The notes below the pieces were generated by a model. That model was not told the origin of the DNA, did not search any database, and saw only the letters and a program-made list of their open reading frames with translations. The translations under genes and the position numbers were made by a program. From contig NC_043016.1 of NCBI RefSeq assembly GCF_006345805.1, forward strand, positions 25,854,001 through 25,918,000: a stretch of 64,000 nt of DNA. Reading direction: 5' to 3'. Below, piece by piece: positions 35,743-47,850 of this stretch (positions are counted from its first letter, which is position 1; each line of letters starts with the position of its first letter). This DNA comes from Octopus sinensis (taxonomy: Eukaryota).

Positions 35743-36439
35743 GCAGACAGGAAGAAGTTTGCCAATATTCTATGGCATGAGGACCAGAGGCATGAAACAC
35801 ACACACACACACACACACAAGCACATGCACATACACAAACACACTCGCACACACACACACATACACACACACAAACACACACACAGACACACCATCATCC
35901 AAATCCTGAAGGTTTCTTCTGTATATCTCACAGTCCACAAGCTCTTTTGCATCTCAAATACACACACATGTGCTAACACACAAACACACACACATGCACA
36001 CACACACACTCATACACACATACACACACAATTCCTGGCAGTGTTTAAGCTTATCAACTTAAACATGTCTCTCCACATATTATACAACCAAACCTCATAC
36101 CTCAGTTCCCCCAACGACACTTGGAAAAGTCCACCCACCCTGACAAACTGGACATCTTTTGCCCAGCACTGTATTTCCAACAAAACCACCATCCAAAACC
36201 AGAAGTTTTCCTCTATATAACTCACAGTCCACAGTTCTTCTGCATCTCAAATATACAGATGAGCTTTTTAGTCCCTTGCTAAAAGGAGGGCATCTACCAA
36301 ATGTTTGGAATCTTCCTTCTGTTTATTTCTCACTGATGAAGGCTCTATAAACCATACTTCCCAGCAGAAAATCTCCATATTTACTTCCTGCTTTCTACTT
36401 GACTTCACATTGAACAAACGAAATTACATCATCTTGAAA

Positions 36440-36640
36440 ATTACCCCTTCTCACTCCTCCTGGGTCATAGCTGTATACACATAAATGTCAGAGGATTTGT
36501 TGGAACCAGAGTTCACTCAACATTCAGGAGTTTTGAACTAGCTGTGAAAGAGAGAAATGTTGCCTGAAAATTGTTGGAAACCACTGAGAAAGCAAGCTAC
36601 TGCATTTGGCTCAAGAGAGAGGATGAGTTGTGCAACAAGA
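36440..36640 (+). mobile_element. R2/Hero-like LINE, C-terminal restriction-like endonuclease fragment
   Basis: NVRGFVGTRVHSTFRSFELAVKERNVA*KLLETTEKASYCIWLKRED matches the RGF...AEKAS.W(I/L)WLKR ending of Hero/R2-like ORFs. Confidence 0.75.
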
Positions 36641-36939
36641 GCAAGTATTGAGGATGGTAGAAACATTTGGCCCAGAGTCACAACATCTGACACAATATCT
36701 GCTGCTCTGCTAGAGTTTTGTTGCCTACATCAATGAGTGGCCAAAGGCAGCGTTGATGTCACAGTGGGAGGAGCTTTTGTGTTACAGTGGGAGGAGTTGT
36801 TTCAGTGCCTAATAAGACATTGACTCCTACATTCATAGACAGGGTACAACAACACCCTTAGTACACAAGTACTTATTCTAAATGGTCTCTTCAAACCAAC
36901 AAGCCAGCTAGTTCCATCAATGTCCTTTCAATTACCCTC

Positions 36940-37210
36940 ATATAATGTGTTTCCCCACCTCCAAAGCTTGCACCTATCCTCATCAAACTCGTCAACATTT
37001 CTCTTTCTTTCCCCTCTCTCTTTCCCCATCTCTCTTTCTTCCTCCTCCCCCTTTCTTCCCTCCTCTCTGTCTTTCTCTCTGATTCATACTATCAACTATG
37101 GCAATCTTAAGGTTTGGTTTGTTGACCCACACACTTCTTATATATTTCAACAATCTATTTGCTATCACCGACAACAATATCCACTCATATGCAGATGATA
37201 AACTACCCTT
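36940..37210 (+). mobile_element. CR1/L2-group RT fragments
   Basis: LAPILIKL and LLIYFNNLFAITDNNIHSYADD. Confidence 0.7.
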
Positions 37211-37234
37211 TATTTATTTTTTGTTGTTGTTTAA

Positions 37235-37366
37235 CCTTCTACCAACCCGGCTGAAACTGGCTCTGGTTCTGAATTAAAATCTTCCACCAAACCTTAGTCA
37301 CAATTTATGTTCCTAGTAATTGAAAGAAACACAGAGCATCTCAAAATAAATATAGTAACGAAAGGG
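37235..37366. mobile_element. piggyBac-like MITE
   Basis: ttaa|ccttct...gtaacgaaaggg|ttaa; TTAA at both ends. Confidence 0.6.
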
Positions 37367-37466
37367 TTAATTTCATCCTCTCTCATCCTTTCTCTCCCCA
37401 CTTTCTAGTCCTCTTTCTCCCCCCTCTCTCTCTTTTTCTCTGTCTCTTCATGTGCTGTATCTACAG

Positions 37467-37520
37467 GCATCAACAATCATGGATTTGAAGAATCATGATT
37501 TTCTTGGAAAAGACACAGAA
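37467..37520 (+). CDS. Candidate 54-nt exon (ASTIMDLKNHDFLGKDTE)
   Basis: Strong pyrimidine tract and ctacag| acceptor, open in phase 0; the donor gaa|gtagtt is weak. A phase-1 reading gives GINNHGFEES* (terminal exon alternative). Confidence 0.2.
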
Positions 37521-38224
37521 GTAGTTTCCTGTTGTTTTCTGCTCATTTATTTACAGTTTACTCTGCTAGTCCCTTGTTGTTTTGAGCTTACCCTTGAAGC
37601 ATGGGGCTTATTTAACGTTTAGGCAAGGAGGCTGTTTTACATGACCTCAGGTCATATCCACATACCAATGAACTTATGTGACACATGTTCTGGGACTAAA
37701 TCTCCTTCATGGTTTAAATCCTTTAGCTACAGGGCCATATACTGCTATTTGACACATAACTTGGGGCCTTGACAGATACTGTTCCATCTGTTTTTAGTTG
37801 ACCTGAAAGTAGTGGAAACAAAGGTGTAACTTCATACTCACTACAATTCTTGAACTCCTGAGCTGGAAGCTCATAACTGGATGGAGTCAGTTCAGGTTTT
37901 CTGTGAGCTACCTTAGTTATCTGCATACAGTTAAATGTCTTTTTCAGGACAATTTAGATACCTCACAGAAAATTTGCACTGATCCCATGACCAGAGACCT
38001 TACAAGCAATCTTGTTACCTTAAACAACACAAAAACACAATCATCCACATATCAAGAAAATGATATTGTACTCCAACCTCACCTAGTCACTAAACGCGAG
38101 TAATATACATCTATAAACCTTATGTTGGCTTCAAAATGTAGATCTCATCATGATACTGAGAATATGTCTTGGTGAATACATATATGCAAGATTGCAATGC
38201 AAAAACTGACCAACCACTTCAGAA

Positions 38225-38540
38225 TCAGAGTTATATTTTATAAGCACGCTGCATGGCACCTTGGGCAAATGTCTTCTACTATAGCCTTGTCCCAATCAAA
38301 GCCTTGTGGATTTGGTAGACGGAAACTGAAAGAATTCCGCCGTATATGTGTATTTGTGTTTGTGTTTGTGCCCCTAACATCGCTTGACAACCGATGCTGG
38401 TGTGTTTACGTCCTCGTAACTCAGCGGTTGGGCAAAACAGACAGATAGAATAAGTACTAGGCTTACAAGGAATAAGTCCTGGGGTCGGTTTGCTCAACTA
38501 AAGGCGGTGCTTTTCAGCATAGCCACAGTCAAAGTATAAG
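38225..38540 (+). mobile_element. SINE family A, 5'-eroded
   Basis: gcatggcaccttgggcaaatgtcttctactatagcc through actaaaggcggtgct...cagcatagccacagtcaaa. Confidence 0.85.
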
Positions 38541-38840
38541 AATAAAAGAATAAAAGAATATGTCTTCCAACAGAAAATGTGCTGCCAATCTAAGGAACAT
38601 AATTTGACTAATATACTAAATAAGAGTTATGGCCCCTGGCCAGTATTGGAGTTTTGTTTTGCCCGCTGAAATAATAAGCAAGCAAATTAATATTCTGTTA
38701 CATTGCAAATAACTACCTTGCCATGAAACTTAAGTAGCAAATTTATATATGATAAGTACTGTAGAAAGATTGTGTGTGTGTGTGTGTGCGTGCGCGCGCG
38801 CGTGCATGTGTGTGTTTGTGTGCACATATATGTATATATA

Positions 38841-39183
38841 TTGGGTCATCCCATAACTAACGCAGTTTTTTTATGCTTCTTTTATTTTCCAAAATTAGGA
38901 TAAACAAAGTTCTTTTTTAATCTAAAATATACTCTGCTTCGTTTTCTACAATGCTCTTCCATTTATCTAGTAGACTTGTAAGGCCCAACTTACAAAATTC
39001 ACTTGTCCAACGAAAAATACTCCTCCAGTACCGTTCTGACCTCATCTACAGAATTCATATTTTTTCCGTCTAAATTATTTTGAAGACTGCAGAATGAATG
39101 ATAATCAGATGGGGCAATGTCTGGCGAATATGGTGGGTAGGGAATTGTTTCCCATTCAAACTGCTCCAGTGGCCAAGCAGTAT
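38841..39183 (-). mobile_element. Mariner transposon 3' end (transposase C-terminus and TIR), cut by the gap
   Basis: Minus strand LEQFEWETIPYPPYSPDIAPSDYH (YSPDLAPSD motif); TA|ttgggtcatcccataa TIR. Confidence 0.88.
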
Positions 39184-39283
39184 NNNNNNNNNNNNNNNNN
39201 NNNNNNNNNNNNNNNNNNNNNNNNNNNNNNNNNNNNNNNNNNNNNNNNNNNNNNNNNNNNNNNNNNNNNNNNNNNNNNNNNNN
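39184..39283. other. Assembly gap (100 N)
   Basis: Exactly 100 N, typical of an unsized scaffold join. Confidence 0.99.
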
Positions 39284-40456
39284 TATATGTATTGTATACG
39301 TATGTAAGAATCATGTATGTATTATCATATGGTATTTCTGATATATTATAATATATAATATATATATATACATATACACACACACATCCACACACATTGG
39401 CGCATGTATACACAGATACATATATACCTATATACGTACATGCACATATATATGATTCATTACTTATATATTTCTCAAAGATCCATATGCATGTTTATGT
39501 CTATAGGTGTATATATCTACATATGTATGTGTGTATATATATATATGCATGAATTTATGCAATTGTACATTTCTATGTTCATATGTATATCTATGTGCTT
39601 GTGTATGTGTATTGGAAGGGTTGTATTAGTGTGTTGCTAACATATCTACATAAAAAAATAATCATTGATCAATAAACAGCTTCTTTACTCTTTTTTCAAA
39701 TTACTTGGTTAACATTCCCTTTTGATATTTCCAAATACTTGCCTCTTACCTCCCTCCTTTGCCCTCATCTTCCCAATGAATCTTAATTTTTTTTTATCCT
39801 TTCATGCAGCTTCTTCTGTTCTTATCATCAGCAAAACAGTTGATAAAAATTTTTCACTGGATCTTCTAGCTAAACCCCATTTGTCTGGCATTCGTTCAAA
39901 TTTCTCTTAGTGTTTTCTAAATTCCCCTCTGGCTGGCAACATTTCTGCCCTCATTCAATCAGTTTCTCATCGCACACACACATTTTCAGCCATGTCTGTA
40001 CACTTATACTGTACCAGTCAATCAATGTTTATCATAATATTCATGTGCTCATTCAAAAGGGTTGGGATCATTTTTGTATGTCTTAAAGTGACCACAATAT
40101 ATATATATATATTATATATGCTATATATATATATATATATAATATTTGCTTATGTGTGATCGTTTACTCTTCACACTTCCATGAATAAAAATGTTAATTA
40201 ATGGCTATTAGTTTGGTCCTTTCTGTCAGGACATTGTCACAGGAATTGTAGTGAATTTTTCACAGCTATTATTTTTAAAATTTGGGTATTACATTTGGGG
40301 AACCAAATGACTATGTCCAATTAAATCCTTTCTTCTAGCTATTTTCTTTCTTTTCTCGCTTTAATATCTCTCATTGCAAATACAAGCAATGTCAGTAAGG
40401 AAAACACTAGTTATATATATGTTATGTGTGTGTGTGTGAATGTGTTCTTAAGGATG

Positions 40457-40965
40457 TATGCATGTATATAATGTATGTCTGTCTGTATATAAATATGAGT
40501 ATATGTATATATGTGTATTTATGTGTGAGTATACACACACACACACATATATACACATACACACATGCATATACTCACAGCATACACTCAAATACACATG
40601 CATATATATTATATATTATGCATGTGTATAATGTGTATCTGTCTGTATATATATGAGTGCATGTATATGTGTATTTATGTGTGTGTATGTATACACATAC
40701 ACACACACACACACACATATATACCCATACACACATGCATATACTCACAACATACACTCAAATACACATGCATATACATTATATATTATGCATGTATATA
40801 ATGTATGTCTGTCTGTATATATATGAGTGTATGTATTATATGTGTATTTATGTATGTGTATATATATACACACACATATATACATATATACATACACACA
40901 TACATACACACATACATATATTCACAACATACACTCACATACACACGCATATACATTATATATTA
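40457..40965. repeat. Three tandem ~160-175-bp units built from TG/TA/CA microsatellite
   Basis: tgcatgt(a/g)tataatgt..gtctgtatat.tatgagt...atactcaca.catacactca.atacac..gcatata.attatatatta recurs at ~40457, ~40619 and ~40789. Confidence 0.85.
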
Positions 40966-41424
40966 TATAAACTAATGTTTCAATGTTCATCATTACCACT
41001 ACCAACACCAACACCACCAGTGCTGCTGCTGCCACCACCACCACCACTAATACAATCACTACCACCATCACTATCACCATCATTATCATCATCATCATCA
41101 TCATCATCATCATTTAGTTATACATCTGTAGATAGATACATTGAGGGGATATATATGTATGTAATGATAATGATAGTGGCGGTGGTGTGGAGGAGGAGGA
41201 GGAGGAGGAAGAGGGCGGCCTTCTATAGCAACGACAACAACAACGACTTTAATTACAGCAACCATGACTGTAACGAACTTATTCAAATTACTCAATTATA
41301 TCACATGCATCTATTTAGTTAAATTATCTTCCCGACATCAGAAACCTTCAGTCTTAGTAAAATATTCCAATACTGTGTCACACTGTAGACCAAAAACATA
41401 AATAAATTCTTGGAGAGCCAATTC

Positions 41425-42150
41425 TACAGTTCTATGGTACATAGCTTGCTTCCCAACCACGTGGCTTCAGGTTCTGTCCCACTGCATGGCACCTTGGGCA
41501 AGTTCAGTAAAATTTAGATTCAGATAAATATGGTACTTAAGTTGAAGGCACCAGAATTTAGAATGGTATTATCCATATAACTTAAAATGGGGGTGATTAT
41601 ATTCAAAATAAGCAACAAGGATATCCAGAGGTAATGCAATACGATCGTTTCATGCGACTCCATTTAATTGAACAATGCAAATATTACATCAATTTAAAAT
41701 GTAGAACAATCTTCAGCTGCATAAAAATATATAAACTAAATTCTATATTTTTATGCAGCTGAAGATTGCTCTACATTTTAATTGATGTAATGTTTGCATT
41801 GTTTAATTAAATGGAGTCGCATGAAACGATTGTACTGCATTACCTCTGGATATCCTTGTTGCTTATATATATATATATATATATATATCTGTGTGTGTGT
41901 GTGTGTTTGTGTGTATGTATGCTTTTGTGCCTGTGTTTGTCCCCACCACCACCATCATTGCCTGACAACTAGTGTTGATGTGTTTACATCCCTGTAACTT
42001 AGCAGTTCAGCATGAGTTACTAATAGAATAAGTACCAGGTTTAAAAAGAAAATAAATGCTGGGATTGATTTGTTTGACAAAAATTCTTCAAGGCAGTGCC
42101 CCAGCATGGCCGCAGTCTAACAACTGAAACTAATAACAGCTGAAAAATAA
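41425..42150 (+). mobile_element. SINE family A, disrupted by a palindromic insert
   Basis: Head ~41430-41505 and tail ~41890-42150. Confidence 0.75.
41608..41866. mobile_element. Near-perfect 259-bp palindrome, probably a TA-flanked MITE
   Basis: ataagcaacaaggatatccagaggtaatgca...cagctgcataaaaatata [short loop] tatatttttatgcagctg...tgcattacctctggatatccttgttgcttat. Confidence 0.85.
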
Positions 42151-42344
42151 AAGATACACTTTGAAGCCAATCCCCTATTACTTAAAAATTATGCATAATT
42201 GCTTAGAGAAAGGCATACATATCACACAATCTCATTCACTCTTGCTTATGATAATTTACAGTATTTTTGTATTTGTTTTCCAAGATTCCTGATATGAAAT
42301 CATGTGTTGGAACAGAATTTTTTTTATCACAGGAGGGTCATTAT

Positions 42345-42570
42345 GTCAATAATGGTTTTAGACTTTGGTACAAGGCCAGCAATTTCAGGGGAGGGGATAA
42401 GTTGATTACATCAGCACCAGTGTTCAACTAGTACTCATTTCATCAACCCTGAAAGGATGAAAGGTGAAGTCAACCTCTGCAGATTTTGAACTCCGAAGAT
42501 AAAGATGGATGAAATTCCACTAAGCATTTTGTCAGACATGCTAAGGATTCTGTCAGTTTGCCACTTTAAT
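42345..42570 (-). mobile_element. SINE family B, short-tail variant, diverged
   Basis: aaccctgaaaggatgaaaggtgaagtcaacctctgcagattttgaactc matches the family-B core. Confidence 0.7.
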
Positions 42571-42842
42571 AATAATAATAATAATAATTTGATTAATCAT
42601 TCAGTCAATTCAACAATCAATCAGCTTGCAACCTCATCAGTCATATGTCTTCATTACTCCAGATCAGTCTGTTTTCAAGTTTCCAAATTCTATATCCATA
42701 TTTCATAGGGATTTGAGTGAGAATGTGAGAAAGGAAGTGTGCTCAAAGTGCGGATTCTATGAAAAAGAACATGTATGTGTGTTTGTGTGCGTGTGCATGT
42801 GCATGTGCAAGCATGTGTGTGCATGTGCATGTGCAAGCGTGT

Positions 42843-42874
<32 letters not shown>

Positions 42875-42906
42875 TTGTGTGTTTGTGAGTGCAAGCTTTT
42901 GTGGCA

Positions 42907-42981
42907 TTGTATGGCCATATCACGTTGAAAGTACCAGTTTTCTGATCCCCGAAGTTAAGCAATGTCGAGCCTAGTTAGTAC
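42907..42981 (+). pseudogene. 5S rRNA pseudogene (5' ~75-80 nt only)
   Basis: gtatggccatatcacgttgaaagtaccagttttctgatccccgaagttaagcaatgtcgagcctagttagtac aligns with the metazoan 5S 5' region (tacggccataccacgttgaaa..ccgatcaccgaagttaagcaacgtcgggcc.ggttagtac), mostly via CpG-type changes; stops at box C. Confidence 0.85.
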
Positions 42982-43002
42982 GTAAACGTCTTTCTATCAT
43001 AA

Positions 43003-43388
43003 GCGCAGGAGTGGCTGTGTGGTAAGTAGCTTGCTTACCAACCACATGGTTCTGGGTTCATTCTCACTCTGTGGCATCTTGGGCAAGTGTCTTCTATTAT
43101 AGCCTCGGGCTGACCAAAGCCTTGTGAGTGGATTTGGTAGACGGAAACTGAAAGAAGCCCGTCGTATGTGTGTGTGTGTTTGTGTGTCTGTGTTTGTCGC
43201 CCCAACATCGCTTGACAACCGATGCTGGTGTGTTTACGTCCCCATAACTTAGCGGTTCAGCAAAAGAGACTGATAGAGTAAGTACTAGGCTTACAAAGAA
43301 TAAGTCCTGGGGTCGATTTGCTTGACTAAAGGCAGTGCTTGAGCATGGCCGCAGTCAAATGACTAAAACAAGTAAAAGAGTAAAGAGA
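43003..43388 (+). mobile_element. SINE family A, young full-length copy
   Basis: CpG-retaining head to gtcaaatgactaaaacaagtaaaagagtaaagag tail. Confidence 0.95.
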
Positions 43389-44724
43389 GATTCTGTGAGT
43401 AATGTGCAAGAGTGAACATATGTGCGTGTGAGACTGTGTGTGTACGTGTGTGTTTGTGTGTTTATGGTGTGAATTCTGAGAAAAGTGTGAATGGTTAAAT
43501 GTTTATTTATTTGTTTGCTTATTTCTTAGAATGATTATCCACTTTAGCCAAGATTGAAGGACTTTGGCGTTGGCATTGGATTTGATGAGAAAAAAATACC
43601 AGTACTTTGAGTGACATCCTGTTCAATGAATTTATTCATCATAAGTGGTTGAGCACTCTTCAGGCACATGTACCCTTAATACAATTCTCCAGCTGGAATT
43701 CAACGCAGCAAAGTGTGTGATGAGGATGGCTCTTTGAATTAACATTACAGCCCATCTGGCAACCTTTGATACAGTTTCCTCAACTCATTGAATTTACATG
43801 TATGGAGCCAACTATTCCACTGACATTTGTTTCCTTAAATGATTTTTCAGGTGGCTTCAGTATGACACCTTATGTGGTCAAGGCTATATGTGAATAAAGC
43901 TGTGTGTGAATAAAGGCTGACCTCTATAGATTGACTAATGCAATCCATCAACTGCATCTCTCTTTCTCTCTCTCTCTTCACTCTGAGAACCCTGATGTAG
44001 TCAGCTATTTTTAAACTATTATTCACATATTAATGTTTTAAATTATCCATAACTATTGGCACAATCTCTCTTCCAGCAATTATTATGGTTTCATGTCATG
44101 TACTGTGCACAATTCAAGTTGACTCAACTTGTAGGGAGAAAATCACCACCCTGCAAGCTATCAAGTACAGAGTAGTTAGATTTTGCCACAGTTTTGGAAC
44201 ACTTGTGAAAGTTATGAGCAGTGACCCTTGCCCCAGATTCAAGTTAGGTGGGGGAGGAGAAGAGGAAGAGAGATAAATTGTGAAATGACCCAGCCAAGAC
44301 CTGAATTGGTATTACAAACTCAGCTAAGTGTTTATCATTGTTCTATATTACAGGCACAAAATATCATTTAAGTCACTGGACAAGAGGGGAAAAAATATAT
44401 TCTCTTGTTCAGTAGAATGGTGAGAACCCAGCCATGAGACATAAGTGAAATAAACTAGTTCAACTAGAATTTCATACCAAATTTCAGGCATGGCATTTCA
44501 GAGAGTACAGCCATTCCTCTTCTGAATTTGCAATCTATGAGGTGGATCGTTAAATTAATTTGGTTAAATCTATTTTACATACATTAATAAAAATTAAGGT
44601 GTAAGTTGTTAATTTTGGATTTTGTCAAACATTTTTGGCATATATGTGTGTGTGTGTTTACACACACACACACATGCGCACATATATATGCATACACACA
44701 TATAAACACACAATTTTGTGTATA

Positions 44725-44880
44725 TCATCATCATCATCATCATTTAACATCCGTTGTTCATGCTGACATAGGTTGAATGGTTTGACCAGGGCTGGTAAGC
44801 TGGAAGGCTGCCCCAGACTCCAGTCTGATTTGGCATAGTTTTCTATGGCCCTTCTTAATGCCAACCACTCCGAGAGTGTA
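44725..44880 (-). mobile_element. RTE 3' tail fragment
   Basis: (CAT)n-ttaacatccg...ccttcttaatgccaaccactccgagagtgta. Confidence 0.7.
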
Positions 44881-45424
44881 AGGATTGTATATGTGTATAG
44901 AAAAATCATAAAGAAAAGAAAATTCACAATTGTTTTTGTATTGTAATTATTCCAAAATTACTTATTCTAAGCTATATTATAACATACTGGTTTCAATTCA
45001 TAGTGAAAACTGTCTGTTAACCAACAGTTAAGGTATACAATAACTCATGAAGCAAAAGCTCTTTCAGATATTCAAAGAGAGCTGAGCACATATTTTTACA
45101 CAAATGTTGATATGTAAAATAAATGCCACAATTATTCACAGATTTAAACTTCCTTTATCTTTTATAATAAAAATATTTCTTTGTTAATTCTTTTGTTCTG
45201 TTGTATTTTATGTATGTTAGCACAAGGAGAATACTTTAAGAATCGGCTGTTAAGTTCCTGCACATCAACCTAAATTTTCAATGAGTGGAATTTTTCTCAA
45301 GTTTAGATTGTATATTTATTGTAAATGAATTGACATCAGTTTTCTAAGAGAAATGTGTTTGGTCAACATAATTTGCACCATATTCATAGCATTTTATGGC
45401 ATAAATTAAGTTTTCTTCAAGACG

Positions 45425-45815
45425 GAGGTGTGGCTGTGTGGTAAAAAGCTCACTTCCCAACCAGAGTTCAGTCCCACTGTGTGGCACCTTGGGCAAGTTG
45501 GGCAAGTGTCTACTACTATACTACTCAGGCTGACCAAAGACTTGTGAGTGGATTTGGTAGAAACTGAAAGAAGCTCATTGTATATATATATGTATGTATG
45601 TATGTGTGCCTTTATGAGTATGTCTGTCTCCCCATCACTGCTTAATAACTGGTGATGGTATGTTTACATCCCTATAACTTAGTGGTTCAGTAAAAGATCC
45701 CAATATAATAAGTGCTAGACTTTAAAAATGAGTCCTGGGGTCAATTGCTTTGACTAAAATCCTACAAGGCAGTACTCCAGCATGGCCAGTCAAATGACTG
45801 AAACAAATAAAAGAA
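45425..45815 (+). mobile_element. SINE family A, full length
   Basis: ggaggtgtggctgtgtggtaa head to cagcatggccagtcaaatgactgaaacaaataaaag tail. Confidence 0.88.
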
Positions 45816-46571
45816 TCATAGAATCATAGAATAAAAAATATGTAAAAATAATCTTTGTTTATAAAATTTTTTTAAACCTTTGGTTATTCTAATTCAAATT
45901 CCATAATTTGATCTTCCATATATTTTGACTGTTGGACTAGAAACTGGATGATGCTTCACCAACAAAAAATCCAACCAAACACTACAAGATTTCCGCTTGG
46001 AGTAAACATTTACGATAGTGTGTTGGAACATGGCAGTTAAATTTTGAACTAATCTCATTGTGTGGAAAACACAACAGAACAACAAAAAACATTATTTATT
46101 AAAAAATATAAACCAAGTTTAAATCAATAATTAATTACAACACTTATTTTTCATTTAAATATCTTCATTTGTGAAAATGTATTTCTCCACCTCTCTTTGA
46201 ATATTTAAAATATACAACTTTACTTTCCTTGGTATCTATTGTGTTTATAACATATTTAGATTAATAATATAATACAGTGTTACCTCAGTTGTTACCTAGT
46301 GTGTCTATAACAAGATTATTTCCAATCTATACTCAATAGTGTATCTAAACTGAAAGCTAATCCTAACAGTTTCATTTAATGTTGTTAACCTGCATACAAA
46401 TATACAGCATAATATGGAATAAAAGCAATATACTTTTGGTTTAATAAATGTCTTTAAGAATTACCTAACTGCATAAAAAAAATTATTAATGAAGGACTTC
46501 ACTACAAAAGTCCTTTATTTTCGGCCGAAAAGAGGTTGTCACAGTTCTAGGACAGCTCTCTTCACCCTATG

Positions 46572-47610
46572 AGATGACATCTGGTGTACCACAGAGATCG
46601 GTTCTTGGCCCCCTTTTATTTGTTGCATATGTTAATGACATAGATGCGAACTTAAAGAATGTCACAGTGCTGAAATATGCAGATGACATCAAGCTGTACC
46701 TCGAAATAAAGAGGTCAGATCCTGTACACTATAGATCTCTATTGCAAGCAGACATGGACACAATGCAGCAGTGGATCATGGACAGGCAACTCAAGCTGGC
46801 TATGGACAAATGTACCACCATGCATTTTGGGAGGAGAAACCCAGCGTCCACCTACTCCCTCCACAACACTAGTCTCAAAAAGTCTTCATGTGAACGTGAC
46901 CTGGGTGTTATTGTCGACAGTGATTTGCGTTGTCAAGAAGGCTGAGGGTTGTCTTGGCATCACTCACCAAATCCTTTGTGAACCACTCTCCGACTATCTA
47001 TCTGCAGCTTTATATAGCTATGGTAAGACCTCACCTGGAATTTGCATCACCAGTCTGGAACCCCTATCTTGCCCAGGATATCAATCGTCTGGAAGCCGTT
47101 CAGCGACGTGCAACCAAAAGAATACCCTCCATCAGGCATTTGCCATATCCTGAATGCCTTACTTCCCTGGGCATGGACACATTGAAACTCCGACGTCTGG
47201 CAGCTGACTTGGCAGACATCCATAAAATTATCAACCATCGTACAAATAATAACTCTGAGCACCTTTTCAAACTCCACCCATCTAACACCCGTGGACATAT
47301 TTACAAAGTCAGAAAACAGCACAGCTCCCATGACTTCAGGAAACATTTTTTCACGCTGAGAGTTGCTGAAGCATGGAACAAACTGCCGGCGTCAGTTGTT
47401 AGTTGTCAGAGCACTGCATCCTTCAAAACTTCCATGCTTTCTGAGAATCGCCAACACTACACCTGATTTTCTCCCCCCCTCCATACACACACAAGCATGT
47501 ATCTGACTCATGCACTGTTCGCTTTCCAGACATTTGTACATTACTGCATATACTCTGATAAGTTGTGGTGCACCTGAGCACTGTATACAATAATTTCATT
47601 ATTATATTAT
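46572..47610 (+). mobile_element. 5'-truncated CR1-group LINE (RT C-terminus and 3' UTR), relatively young
   Basis: MTSGVPQRSVLGPLLFVAYVND, KYADDIKLY, ERDLGV, MVRPHLEFASPVW, LEAVQRRATK, FFTLRVAEAWNKLP; frameshift near 46940; AT-rich tail. Confidence 0.93.
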
Positions 47611-47806
47611 TATTAAAACATACTAATTTTGACTAAGCAAAGAGATAAAAATTTAGAGCAGCAATGAGAACCAAGTTGACCCAACATATACAATTTTAGT
47701 AAATGAGACAAATTGAGATAAATGTACATTAAAAATAAGCTAAAATATGAAATGTGATTTTACAATTACTTGAAAAAAAATGGAAAAGATTTTTAAGCAT
47801 TTGTTA

Positions 47807-47850
47807 TATTGGGTTGTCCAGAAAGTTCGTGCCGATTTTTAAAGGAAAGA
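47807..47850 (+). mobile_element. Isolated mariner-type TIR
   Basis: TA-ttgggttgtccagaaagttcgtgccgatttt. Confidence 0.5.

Noticed and set aside
37478-37510. DLKNHDFLG resembling the copine C2 motif (xLSKHDFLG)
   Set aside because: Only a short match; flanking residues and neighbouring exons do not extend it, so no gene name was assigned.
39094-39413. ORFs spanning the N run
   Set aside because: Artefacts of translating the assembly gap.
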